Of a stretch of 64,000 nt of DNA, positions 55,942 to 64,000 are shown one piece after another. A program made the translations under genes and the position numbers. This stretch comes from an uncultured Ruficoccus sp. (lineage in GTDB: Bacteria; Verrucomicrobiota; Verrucomicrobiia; Opitutales; Cerasicoccaceae). The stretch lies in contig OZ223496.1 of the NCBI GenBank assembly GCA_965140785.1, positions 143,947 through 207,946 of the forward strand. The letters run 5' to 3'. The notes below the pieces were generated by a model. That model did no database searches. It saw only the letters and a list, made by a program, of their open reading frames with translations, and had not been told where the DNA came from. Within the stretch, counting starts at the first letter, position 1. The number at the start of each line of letters is the position of its first letter.

Positions 55942-56343
55942 ATGACCGTCGAAATCCTCAAAAGTAAAATCCTCCGGGCAGAAGTCACCGAAGCCGAAGC
56001 GGACTATGAAGGCAGCCTTGCCATTGACAAGAGCTTCATGGAGCGCATCGGCCTGCTGCCCTACGAAAAAATCCTGGTCGGTAACATCACCAACGGCGAG
56101 CGGCTGGAAACCTACGCCATTGAGGCGCCCGCCGGCTCCGGCACCTTCGCCCTCAACGGCGCCGCCGCCCACAAGGGCAAGCCCGGCGACCTGCTGGTGA
56201 TCATGAACTTCGCGCAGATGCCGTACGAGGAAGCCAAGATCTGGAAGCCCCGCGTCGTCGTGCTGGCCGACCACAACCGCACGATCATTAAGGAGCGCGG
56301 GCCCGACGGCGAAACCGGCGAGCCCTTCCGCGTTGCCTCCTGA
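55942..56343 (+). CDS. panD: Aspartate 1-decarboxylase
   Basis: YEGSLAID self-cleavage site, NGERLETY and NGAAAH. Confidence 0.93.
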   Translation: MTVEILKSKILRAEVTEAEADYEGSLAIDKSFMERIGLLPYEKILVGNITNGERLETYAIEAPAGSGTFALNGAAAHKGKPGDLLVIMNFAQMPYEEAKIWKPRVVVLADHNRTIIKERGPDGETGEPFRVAS

Positions 56344-56465
56344 TCGCCCCCGATTCAGGGGATTTTTACCGTAATGAAAGCCCCCGCACGGGCTTCTATT
56401 TGTCCGCCGTGCCCGCAAACTCTGTTGACGGCAGCGCGGATTCTGTTTCGCTAAGCAACTTTTCC

Positions 56466-57548
56466 ATGAGCTATAAACTCTTCATTCCCGGTCCGATCCA
56501 GGTGTCGGAAAAAACCTATCGCGCCATGACGACGCCCGTCGTCGGCCACCGCAGCAAGGACTTCGTGGAGCTGTTCCAGTCCGTCCAGCCCCGGCTCCAG
56601 CAGCTTTTTTACACGCAGGACCCGGTCTTCATCAGCACCAGCAGCGCCTGGGGCGTGATGGAAGGCTCCCTGCGCAACGTGGTCAAAAAGAAGGTCCTCA
56701 ACTGCTGCTCGGGCGCCTTCTCGGACAAGTGGTACGACGTCTCCCTGCGCTGCGGCCTCCAGGCCAAGGAACTCAAGTATGAGTGGGGCACCCCGATCGA
56801 CCCCGAGGACATCCGCAAGGAGCTGGCCACCGGCGAATTCGACGCCATCACGATTATCCACAACGAGACCTCGACCGGTACCATGAACCCGATTGAGGAC
56901 ATCGCCGCGGTGCTCAAGGAGTTCCCCGACGTGATTTCCATCGTGGACACGGTCAGCTCGTTCTCGGCCATGAAGATCGATAAGGACGCGCTCGGGCTCG
57001 ACGTCATGCTGACCGGCTCGCAAAAGGCCCTCGCCCTGCCCCCCGGCCTGGCGCTGCTCTCCGTCTCGGAAAAGGCCCTCCAGCGCGCCGAGACCGTGGA
57101 TGACCGCGGCTACTACTTCGATTTCGTCGAGTTCAAGAAGAACTACGACAAGGGCATGACCCCGAGCACGCCGGTCATTCCGCTCATCTACGCGCTCAAG
57201 AGCAAGCTGGAGGACATCTTCGAGGAGGGACTGGAAGCCCGCTACGCCCGCCACCAGCGCCTGAACAACCTCGTGCGCGACTGGATTACCAAAAACGGCA
57301 TGGAGCTGCTCCCGCCGCCCGAATTCGGCTCGGTCACGCTCAACTGCATCAAGAACCTGCGCGAAATCGACCTGCCCAAGCTCAACGAAGCCCTCAAGAG
57401 CCAGTACCACTGCGTCATCGACGGCGGCTACGGCAAGCTCAAGGGCAAGGCCTTCCGTATCTCCAACATGGGCGACGAGACCGACGCAACCATGGCCGAG
57501 CTGCTCAGCGCCCTGGACACCCTCCTGCCCGAGTTCGCAGCCAAGTAA
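56466..57548 (+). CDS. Class V PLP aminotransferase (serine-pyruvate/alanine-glyoxylate type)
   Basis: FIPGP, HNETSTG, DTVSS and GSQKALALPPG. Confidence 0.92.
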   Translation: MSYKLFIPGPIQVSEKTYRAMTTPVVGHRSKDFVELFQSVQPRLQQLFYTQDPVFISTSSAWGVMEGSLRNVVKKKVLNCCSGAFSDKWYDVSLRCGLQAKELKYEWGTPIDPEDIRKELATGEFDAITIIHNETSTGTMNPIEDIAAVLKEFPDVISIVDTVSSFSAMKIDKDALGLDVMLTGSQKALALPPGLALLSVSEKALQRAETVDDRGYYFDFVEFKKNYDKGMTPSTPVIPLIYALKSKLEDIFEEGLEARYARHQRLNNLVRDWITKNGMELLPPPEFGSVTLNCIKNLREIDLPKLNEALKSQYHCVIDGGYGKLKGKAFRISNMGDETDATMAELLSALDTLLPEFAAK

Positions 57549-57554
57549 AGGGTT

Positions 57555-57590
57555 AATATTTAACAGGAAGGACGGAAAGAAGCGGAAAGG
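57555..57590 (+). repeat. Left inverted-repeat arm of the GxxExxY cassette
   Basis: aatatttaacaggaagg (57555-57571) is the exact reverse complement of 58014-58030; the imperfect match extends to the ATG. Confidence 0.9.
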
Positions 57591-57992
57591 ATGCACGACA
57601 AATACGAAAGAGCCGACGGACTGACAAAAGCTGTCATTGACTCGGCCTTTCGTGTGCACCGCCATTTCGGTCCCGGACTGCTTGAATCTATCTACCAGAA
57701 GGCCCTTTCGCGTGACTTGACGCTGGAAGGCCTCCAGATAGAGACCGAGCTGACTATTCCGATCGAATACCGCGGTGCGGTCTTCACCGAATATGTCCGC
57801 GCCGATATCTTTGTCGAAAAATCCCTGCTGGTGGAACTGAAGGTCTCAGAGGCGTTCCGCCCGGAGCATATCTCCCAGACCCTCAGCTACATGAAGCTGC
57901 TCGATGTTCCGATCGGGTTGATTTTCAACTTCTTTGAATCCGAGTTCCGGAAAGGAATTCGCAGGTTAACCTTGAAAGGTGCCGATAAATAG
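57591..57992 (+). CDS. GxxExxY protein (PD-(D/E)xK nuclease-like fold)
   Basis: GPGLLESIY motif, RADIFV...VELKV, and 133-aa length. Confidence 0.92.
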   Translation: MHDKYERADGLTKAVIDSAFRVHRHFGPGLLESIYQKALSRDLTLEGLQIETELTIPIEYRGAVFTEYVRADIFVEKSLLVELKVSEAFRPEHISQTLSYMKLLDVPIGLIFNFFESEFRKGIRRLTLKGADK

Positions 57993-58030
57993 CCCTTCTT
58001 CCGTTCTTCCCGACCTTCCTGTTAAATATT
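57993..58030 (-). repeat. Right inverted-repeat arm of the GxxExxY cassette
   Basis: cccttcttccgttcttcccgaccttcctgttaaatatt starts immediately after the stop codon. Confidence 0.9.
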
Positions 58031-58032
58031 CC

Positions 58033-60543
58033 ATGAAAACCCTTGTCATAGCGGAGAAACCCAGTGTCGCCGGCGACCTTGCCCGCGTCCTCGGACGCAT
58101 TCCTAAAAAAGGCGACCACTACGAGAATGACGAATACGTCATCGACTCGGCGGTCGGTCACCTCGTCGAGCTCATCATGCCTGAGGACATCAGCGCCGAC
58201 TACAAACGCTGGACCCTCAAGACGCTCCCCATCGTCCCCAAGACCTTCAAGCTCCGCCCCATTGACAAGACGAAGAAGAAGTTTCAGGAGCTCAAAAAGC
58301 ACATCGCCCGCGACGATGTCGGCATGATCATCAACGCCTGTGACGCCGGACGCGAGGGCGAGCTGATCTTCACCTACATCATGGAGCTGGCCAAGGGTAA
58401 CAAAAAGGAAATCCGCCGCCTGTGGATGTCCTCCATGACCCCGCAGGCCATCCGCGACGCTTTCGCCAACCTGCGCTCCGCCGACGAGATGCGTCCCCTC
58501 CAGGACGCCGCCCGCTCCCGCTCCGAAGCCGACTGGCTGATCGGGATCAACGGCACCCGCGGGGCCACCGTGCAGTTTGGCCGCCGCGGCGGCACCGCCG
58601 CCACTGTCGGGCGCGTCCAGACCCCCACCCTGACCCTCGTTTACGAGCGCGAGTGCGAGATCCGCAACTTTAAGTCCCGCCCTTACTGGCGCATCCTGGC
58701 CGACTTCGGCGTCCACGCCGGCGAGTACCCGGGCGTTTACCAGAAACCGGGCTTCAAGAAGGGCGATGACGAGCACGACCGCGCCGACCGCCTCTGGGAA
58801 AAGGAGCAGGCCGAGCAAATCCTGCGCGAGGTCCAGGCCGCCGGCACCGCCGCCGTGACCGAGGAAAAGAAGCGCAGCAAGCAGGCCTCCCCGCGCCTTT
58901 ACGACCTGACCACCCTCCAGCGCGAGGCCAACAACCGCTACGGCTTCCCGGCCGGGATGACCCTCAACATCGCCCAGGCCCTCTACGAGAAGCACAAGAT
59001 GATCACCTACCCGCGAACGGATTCGCGGGCCCTCCCCGAGGACTACGGCCACACCGTGCGCGACACCCTGGCCAGCCTGCCCGAACCCTATGCCGTGCAC
59101 GCCGAGAAAGTCCTCGGCAACGACTGGGTCCACACCGGCAACAAGCGTATCTTTAATAACAAGCAGGTCAGCGATCACTTCGCCATCATCCCGACCAACA
59201 CCTCCCCGAAGAAACTCCAGGAGCGCGAGCAGAAGATCTACGACATGATCACGCGGCGCTTCATGGCGGTGTTCTTCCCCTCGGCCGAGTACGATGTGAC
59301 CACCCGCATGAGCGCGCTCGGCGGCCACACCTTTAAGACCGAGGGCAAGGTGCTCGTCGTCCCCGGCTGGCTCGAAGTTTACGGCAAAGGCGGCAACGGC
59401 GAAGACAACCTCCCCCCGCTCTCCCCCGAGGACGGCTCTCCCGCGCAAGCCAAGCTCGCGCAGGCCCAGATGGAAGAAGACCAGACCCGCCCGCCCCCGC
59501 GCTACACCGAGGCCACCCTCCTGGCTGCCATGGAAGGCGCGGGCAAGTTCGTCGAGGACGAGGAGCTGCGCGAAGCCATGAAGGAACGCGGTCTGGGCAC
59601 CCCCGCTACCCGCGCCGCCACCATCGACCACCTGGTCAAAGAGCGCTACATCGAGCGCGAAGGCCGCGAGCTGGCCCCGACCCAGAAGGCCGAGGATCTG
59701 GTCAAATTCCTGCGCACCTTCAAGATCGACGCCCTCACCCGCCCCGAACTGACCGGCGAGTGGGAACACAAGCTGCGCCAGATGGAGGAGGGCGAACTCT
59801 CCCGCGAGCAGTTCATGCAAGGCATCACCTCGATGACCGAGGAGATGATCAAAAACCTCAACGCCCCGCCCCCAGCCAAGGAGACCCACCTGCGCTCCCC
59901 CCTCGACGACACCCCGCTGCTCGAAGACCACCGCGCGTGGTTCTCGCAGGAGTCGCTCGATGTGCGCGGTCGCGCCATCCCGAAAGTTTCCGTCAACAAG
60001 GTCATTGGCAACCGCAAGCTCGTCCCCGACGAGGTCGAACAGCTCCTGAAAAAGGGCGAGATCGGCCCGCTCGACGGCTTCAAATCGCGCCAGGGCAAGG
60101 CCTTCTCCGCCCTGCTCAAGCTGGCCGAAAAAGATAACGGCTCCCTCCGCGTCGAGCTCGACTTCGGCGACAGCGGCAACGACGATGAGGACATCGACCT
60201 GTCGCAGTTCCCCGTCGTAGGCACCTCGCCGGTGGATGGCTCCCCCGTCCACGAGACGCCCAACGCCTACATCTCCGAGGGTAAAGACGCCAAAGGCAAG
60301 GCCACCTTCCGCATGAGCCGCAACATGCTCGGCAAAGCCCTCCCGCCCGAGCAGATCAAGAAACTTCTGACCGAGAAAAAGACGGACCTGATCAAGGGCT
60401 TCCGCTCGAACCGCACCAAGCGCCTTTTCGACGCCTTCCTCATTCTCAAGGACGATGGCAAGATCGGCTTCGAGTTTCCCCCGCGCCCGCCGCGCAAAAA
60501 GGCGGCTAAAAAAGCGGCCAAAAGTGCCGAGCAGGAAGGCTGA
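58033..60543 (+). CDS. topB: DNA topoisomerase III (type IA)
   Basis: IAEKPSVA, NACDAGREGE, GRVQTPTL and ITYPRTDS, with C-terminal repeats and a basic tail. Confidence 0.92.
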   Translation: MKTLVIAEKPSVAGDLARVLGRIPKKGDHYENDEYVIDSAVGHLVELIMPEDISADYKRWTLKTLPIVPKTFKLRPIDKTKKKFQELKKHIARDDVGMIINACDAGREGELIFTYIMELAKGNKKEIRRLWMSSMTPQAIRDAFANLRSADEMRPLQDAARSRSEADWLIGINGTRGATVQFGRRGGTAATVGRVQTPTLTLVYERECEIRNFKSRPYWRILADFGVHAGEYPGVYQKPGFKKGDDEHDRADRLWEKEQAEQILREVQAAGTAAVTEEKKRSKQASPRLYDLTTLQREANNRYGFPAGMTLNIAQALYEKHKMITYPRTDSRALPEDYGHTVRDTLASLPEPYAVHAEKVLGNDWVHTGNKRIFNNKQVSDHFAIIPTNTSPKKLQEREQKIYDMITRRFMAVFFPSAEYDVTTRMSALGGHTFKTEGKVLVVPGWLEVYGKGGNGEDNLPPLSPEDGSPAQAKLAQAQMEEDQTRPPPRYTEATLLAAMEGAGKFVEDEELREAMKERGLGTPATRAATIDHLVKERYIEREGRELAPTQKAEDLVKFLRTFKIDALTRPELTGEWEHKLRQMEEGELSREQFMQGITSMTEEMIKNLNAPPPAKETHLRSPLDDTPLLEDHRAWFSQESLDVRGRAIPKVSVNKVIGNRKLVPDEVEQLLKKGEIGPLDGFKSRQGKAFSALLKLAEKDNGSLRVELDFGDSGNDDEDIDLSQFPVVGTSPVDGSPVHETPNAYISEGKDAKGKATFRMSRNMLGKALPPEQIKKLLTEKKTDLIKGFRSNRTKRLFDAFLILKDDGKIGFEFPPRPPRKKAAKKAAKSAEQEG

Positions 60544-60548
60544 ACCTT

Positions 60549-61160
60549 ATGTTAAAAATTCCTCCCGGCGATTTCGACGGCGCCATCTTCGACTGCGACG
60601 GCACCCTGGCCGACTCTATGCCCGTGCATTACCACGCCTGGGTAAAGGCCTTCAAGGCGCACGGGGCGAAGTTCGACTTTCCCTGGGACCTGTTCTACTC
60701 CATGGCCGGGACCGGCCTGGAAGACTCCGTCATCCAGCTCAACGCCCGCTTCAAGGACCGCCTCGACCCCAAGGCCGTGGTCAAGACCCAGATGGAGATG
60801 CTCGACCAGCTCCACCACGAGGTCACGCCTATCGTCGAGGTCGTCGAGCTGGCCCGCCACTACGCCGAAACCGGCAAAAAAGTCTCCGTCTCCTCCGGCG
60901 GCACCTACCGCCACGTCCACGAGACCCTCCACAACATCGGCGTGCACGACCTCTTTCCGGTCATCATCACCCGCGAAGACTACGCCCACAGCAAGCCCGC
61001 CCCGGACTGCTTCCTGCTCGCCGCCGAACGCATGGGCGTAAAACCCGAGAGCTGCCTCGTCTTCGAGGACAGCCACCTCGGCATCGCCGCTGCCGAATCC
61101 GCCGGCATGGCCTCCGTCTATGTCCAACCCGAAGCCTACTCCAAAGGCGCGGGAATTTAG
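60549..61160 (+). CDS. HAD-family phosphatase (YqaB/beta-PGM-like)
   Basis: FDCDGTLADS, KPAPD and FEDS. Confidence 0.92.
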   Translation: MLKIPPGDFDGAIFDCDGTLADSMPVHYHAWVKAFKAHGAKFDFPWDLFYSMAGTGLEDSVIQLNARFKDRLDPKAVVKTQMEMLDQLHHEVTPIVEVVELARHYAETGKKVSVSSGGTYRHVHETLHNIGVHDLFPVIITREDYAHSKPAPDCFLLAAERMGVKPESCLVFEDSHLGIAAAESAGMASVYVQPEAYSKGAGI

Positions 61161-61167
61161 GATTTAA

Positions 61168-61211
61168 GAGCAGGTCTCGAAGCGCACGAAGAAGACACGA
61201 AGATCACGAAG
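61168..61211 (+). repeat. Left inverted-repeat arm (CACGAAG units)
   Basis: 61184-61211 matches the reverse complement of 61574-61601 at 27/28 positions. Confidence 0.88.
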
Positions 61212-61220
61212 GTTTGAAGA

Positions 61221-61541
61221 TTAAGCCCGTAACACCATCAGATTATCGCTGCATCCGGACAACAGATTGACAACGGCTCCCACCACTTTGTGAAAAAGCA
61301 TGCAAGACTCAGTGCCCTGCATAAGGAGGTACTGTTGATAACCGTCACCCGGATCAACTAACTTCGTCGTCACTGTGTTGCCTGTCGCAGGATCTAGCCA
61401 ATTAGTGTCGTAACCTTCGCCAGACACGAATCCATCCCAGTCCCTCAGCTCGTGGGACAAATCAACTGGCACCGAAAAATAAGAATATATCCTGAGCTGA
61501 TTCGTCATCCTAGAGCCTTCCTTGAATGCATCAATGGGCAT
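61221..61541 (-). CDS. Hypothetical low-GC protein enclosed by inverted repeats
   Basis: 106-aa ORF filling nearly all the space between the arms; composition is atypical for the window. Confidence 0.6.
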   Translation of the reverse strand: MPIDAFKEGSRMTNQLRIYSYFSVPVDLSHELRDWDGFVSGEGYDTNWLDPATGNTVTTKLVDPGDGYQQYLLMQGTESCMLFHKVVGAVVNLLSGCSDNLMVLRA

Positions 61542-61573
61542 GATCTGACTTGAGATATAATGGGCAGGTTCAG

Positions 61574-61617
61574 CTTTGTGATCTTCGTGTCTTCTTCGTG
61601 CCCTTTGTGACCTTCTC
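61574..61617 (-). repeat. Right inverted-repeat arm (CTTCGTG units)
   Basis: ctttgtgatcttcgtgtcttcttcgtgccctttgtgaccttctc, ending 3 bp from the menB stop codon. Confidence 0.88.
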
Positions 61618-61620
61618 CCC

Positions 61621-62460
61621 CTAGGGTAGCCAGGGGAATTGGCCGAAGTCGGGTTTGCGCTTGTCCACGTAGGCGCGGCGGCCTTCGTCGCCCTGCTCGG
61701 TCAGGTAATAGAGGAGCGTGGCATTGCCGGCCAGTTCCTGTAGCCCCTGCTGGCCGTCCACGTCGGCGTTGAACGCGCTCTTGAGGCAGCGGATGGCGAG
61801 CGGGCTGTGCTGCATGATCTCGCGGCCCCACTGCACGCCCTCGTCCTGAAGTTTTTCCACAGGGACGACGGCGTTGACCAGGCCCATTTCCTTCGCCTGC
61901 TGGGCGTTGTATTGGCGGCACAAATACCAAATCTCGCGGGCTTTTTTCTGGCCGACGATGCGGGCCAGGTAGCTGGAGCCAAAGCCCCCGTCGAAGCTGC
62001 CAACCTTCGGCCCGGTCTGGCCAAAGACGGCGTTGTCGGCGGCGATGGTCAGATCGCAGACCACGTGCAGGACGTGCCCGCCGCCGATGGCGTACCCGGC
62101 CACGAGCGCGATCACCACCTTCGGCATGGAGCGGATGAGCTTTTGCAGGTCGAGGACGTTGAGGCGCGGCACCCCGTCCTTGCCCTGATAGCCGCCGGCC
62201 TGATGGCCGCGGATCTTCTGGTCGCCCCCGGCGCAGAAGGCGAACTTACCGTCGGTCTGCGGATTAGCCCCCGTCAGCAGGACCACGCCCACGGCGGGGT
62301 CCTCGCGCGCGTCGGTGAAGGCCGCGATCATCTCGGTCACCGTGTCCGGCGTAAAGGCGTTGCGCCGGTGCGGGCGGTTGATCGTCACACGGGCGATACC
62401 CTCGCCCGCGAGCTTTTCGTAAACGATTTCTTCAAAGTCACAGACCTTCGTCCAGTTCAT
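61621..62460 (-). CDS. menB: 1,4-dihydroxy-2-naphthoyl-CoA synthase
   Basis: [23 protein letters not shown] and [12 protein letters not shown]. Confidence 0.95.
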   Translation of the reverse strand: MNWTKVCDFEEIVYEKLAGEGIARVTINRPHRRNAFTPDTVTEMIAAFTDAREDPAVGVVLLTGANPQTDGKFAFCAGGDQKIRGHQAGGYQGKDGVPRLNVLDLQKLIRSMPKVVIALVAGYAIGGGHVLHVVCDLTIAADNAVFGQTGPKVGSFDGGFGSSYLARIVGQKKAREIWYLCRQYNAQQAKEMGLVNAVVPVEKLQDEGVQWGREIMQHSPLAIRCLKSAFNADVDGQQGLQELAGNATLLYYLTEQGDEGRRAYVDKRKPDFGQFPWLP

Positions 62461-62613
62461 GGGGCAAACCTTGGCAAACTTCCCGCCCGATGACAAGCCG
62501 GACAACGCCCCGCCCGACCGCGTATCCGGCGATCCCTACGGCCCTATTTTCAGAAGGCCGGACCTGTTCGGGCCTGCCACAAAAAAGCACGCTCCGGTCA
62601 GGACTGATCCGGG

Positions 62614-64000
62614 TCAGGACTGGTCCGGCTCAGAAGCTTTCGAAGACCGGCCCGCGTTTTTGCGCTTGTCCGGGTGGGCGTTTTTTTTAGCCGCCTTCTT
62701 TTTGCGGGGCGGACGGGCGGCCTTTTTACGCGGAGCCTCTGGGGTGGCTTGGGATGCCGCCTCATTGGATTTCGGCGGAGTCTCCCTCGCCTTGGCCTTG
62801 GAGGCAGGTTCCACAGACGGGGAAGCACCCTCAGCGGATTTGTTCTCGCGCCGGGGACGACGGGAGCGGGATCTTTTATTCGGGGCGGCTGCCTCGCGGG
62901 AACGCCGAGGCGCTTGCTCCACATTTGATTCATCTGATTCATCGGGCGGCGAATCTGGCGCGGCACGCCATTTACTCTCGCCGTTGGAGCCATCGAGCAG
63001 TTGATGACGGAAGGGCACATCGTCCGCCGCGTCAGTCTCGACCTCGATCAGACGAATGCCCTGCTGCGGCAGTTTGCTCACGAGCCGGTCCAGCTCGGGC
63101 CAGTCCCTGGGCTTGCAATACTCGATCCCGTGGGCGGCGGCGAGCTTCTCGAAATCCACCCGCTGGGGCGTGGTAAAAAATTCCTCGAAGGGCGGATCGA
63201 ACTGCGCGATGGGCAAGTTTTCGAAGATGCGTCCGCCGCCGTTGTTAATCATGACGACGGTCAGGCTGCCGCGCAGGCGCGAAGCGTGCAGCAGGCCGTT
63301 CACATCGTGAAGAAAAGCCAGGTCGCCCGTCAACAAAACGGCGGGACGCCCCCCATGGGCGAGTCCGAGCGCGGTCGAGAGCGTGCCGTCGATGCCGTTG
63401 GCTCCGCGATTGGCATGCACGAGGTAGCCGCGCTCCGAGGGCTGCCAGAACAACTCCGCGTCGCGCACCGGCATGCTCGCCGCGACCGTGACCGGCGTTT
63501 TTTCCGGCAGGCGACGCGAAAGCAGCCAGGGAATTTTGCCCTCGAAGAAGACCTCGCACGCGCGTAGTTGTTTTTGGATACGCTCGCCCGCCGCGCGGTC
63601 CTGCTTAATCCATTCGGAGGCGTATCTGCCCAGCGGGGACGGTCGCATATCCAGCGGCTCGGCGTAAACGTCATCGCCGAGGCGCAGATGCGTGGCGCGG
63701 GTGTGGATGCTGTCGAGGTTGCGATAGGAGCCGTCGATGACGAGCGTCTCGGCCTCGGCATCCGCCAGCCAGTTGCGCAAAACCTTGCTCGTGGGCAGGT
63801 CGCCAAACTGGAGCACAAAGTCCGGGCGGTGCGCCTCGGCCCACTTGCGCTCGCGCAGCAGCGCGTGGTAGTTACCCACCAGCGGGGCCTCCTTGGGCGC
63901 GTGAGCACGCACGGGCGAAAGCACGTCGGCCAGGACCGGCCAACCGAGCTGGCGGGCCATGCCCAGCACCGTCTCGGCGTAGGCAGCGGGATTCTCTGCC
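62614..64000 (-). CDS. menD: SEPHCHC synthase MenD (5' part lies outside the window), with a long basic C-terminal tail
   Basis: ASMPVRD, ANRGANGIDGTLS, GDLAFLHD and NNGGGRIF; adjacent to menB. Confidence 0.93.
   Translation of the reverse strand, partial: AENPAAYAETVLGMARQLGWPVLADVLSPVRAHAPKEAPLVGNYHALLRERKWAEAHRPDFVLQFGDLPTSKVLRNWLADAEAETLVIDGSYRNLDSIHTRATHLRLGDDVYAEPLDMRPSPLGRYASEWIKQDRAAGERIQKQLRACEVFFEGKIPWLLSRRLPEKTPVTVAASMPVRDAELFWQPSERGYLVHANRGANGIDGTLSTALGLAHGGRPAVLLTGDLAFLHDVNGLLHASRLRGSLTVVMINNGGGRIFENLPIAQFDPPFEEFFTTPQRVDFEKLAAAHGIEYCKPRDWPELDRLVSKLPQQGIRLIEVETDAADDVPFRHQLLDGSNGESKWRAAPDSPPDESDESNVEQAPRRSREAAAPNKRSRSRRPRRENKSAEGASPSVEPASKAKARETPPKSNEAASQATPEAPRKKAARPPRKKKAAKKNAHPDKRKNAGRSSKASEPDQS

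Noticed and set aside
61184..61211. Tandem CACGAAG units as a possible CRISPR array or iteron set
   Set aside because: The units are only 9-11 bp with no unique spacers, and there is no cas or rep gene. They are better explained as one arm of an inverted repeat.

Overview
A GC-rich bacterial chromosomal window. The rpmG sequence, the small DUF4032-like protein and mcsA-mcsB-clpC without ctsR suggest Verrucomicrobiota, possibly Opitutales (inference). Housekeeping genes include clpC/mcsB/mcsA, tolB, mrp, rpmG, nuoA, metF, metW, panD, topB, menB and menD. Accessory modules are a TetR-RND efflux system, glycan-degrading enzymes (GH2, GH36, sulfatase, GH151-like, heparinase II/III-like) mostly beside their own regulators, an arginine-decarboxylase acid-resistance operon with a porin, a MATE pump with a leader-peptide attenuator, and a PTS-EIIA/diadenylate cyclase fusion. 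The most striking unexplained structure is intergenic. Single small genes are bracketed by long, internally periodic inverted repeats: a GxxExxY nuclease-fold gene at 57555-58030 and an orphan low-GC gene at 61168-61617. A cargo-free hairpin of the first repeat family lies at 49195-49270, and several structured MITE/REP-like elements are also present. Two secreted enzyme homologues (PhoD and a beta-lactamase-fold protein) have lost their catalytic residues. About eleven single-base indels in short homopolymers split otherwise intact genes and are probably sequencing artefacts. No rRNA, tRNA, CRISPR array or transposase was seen.
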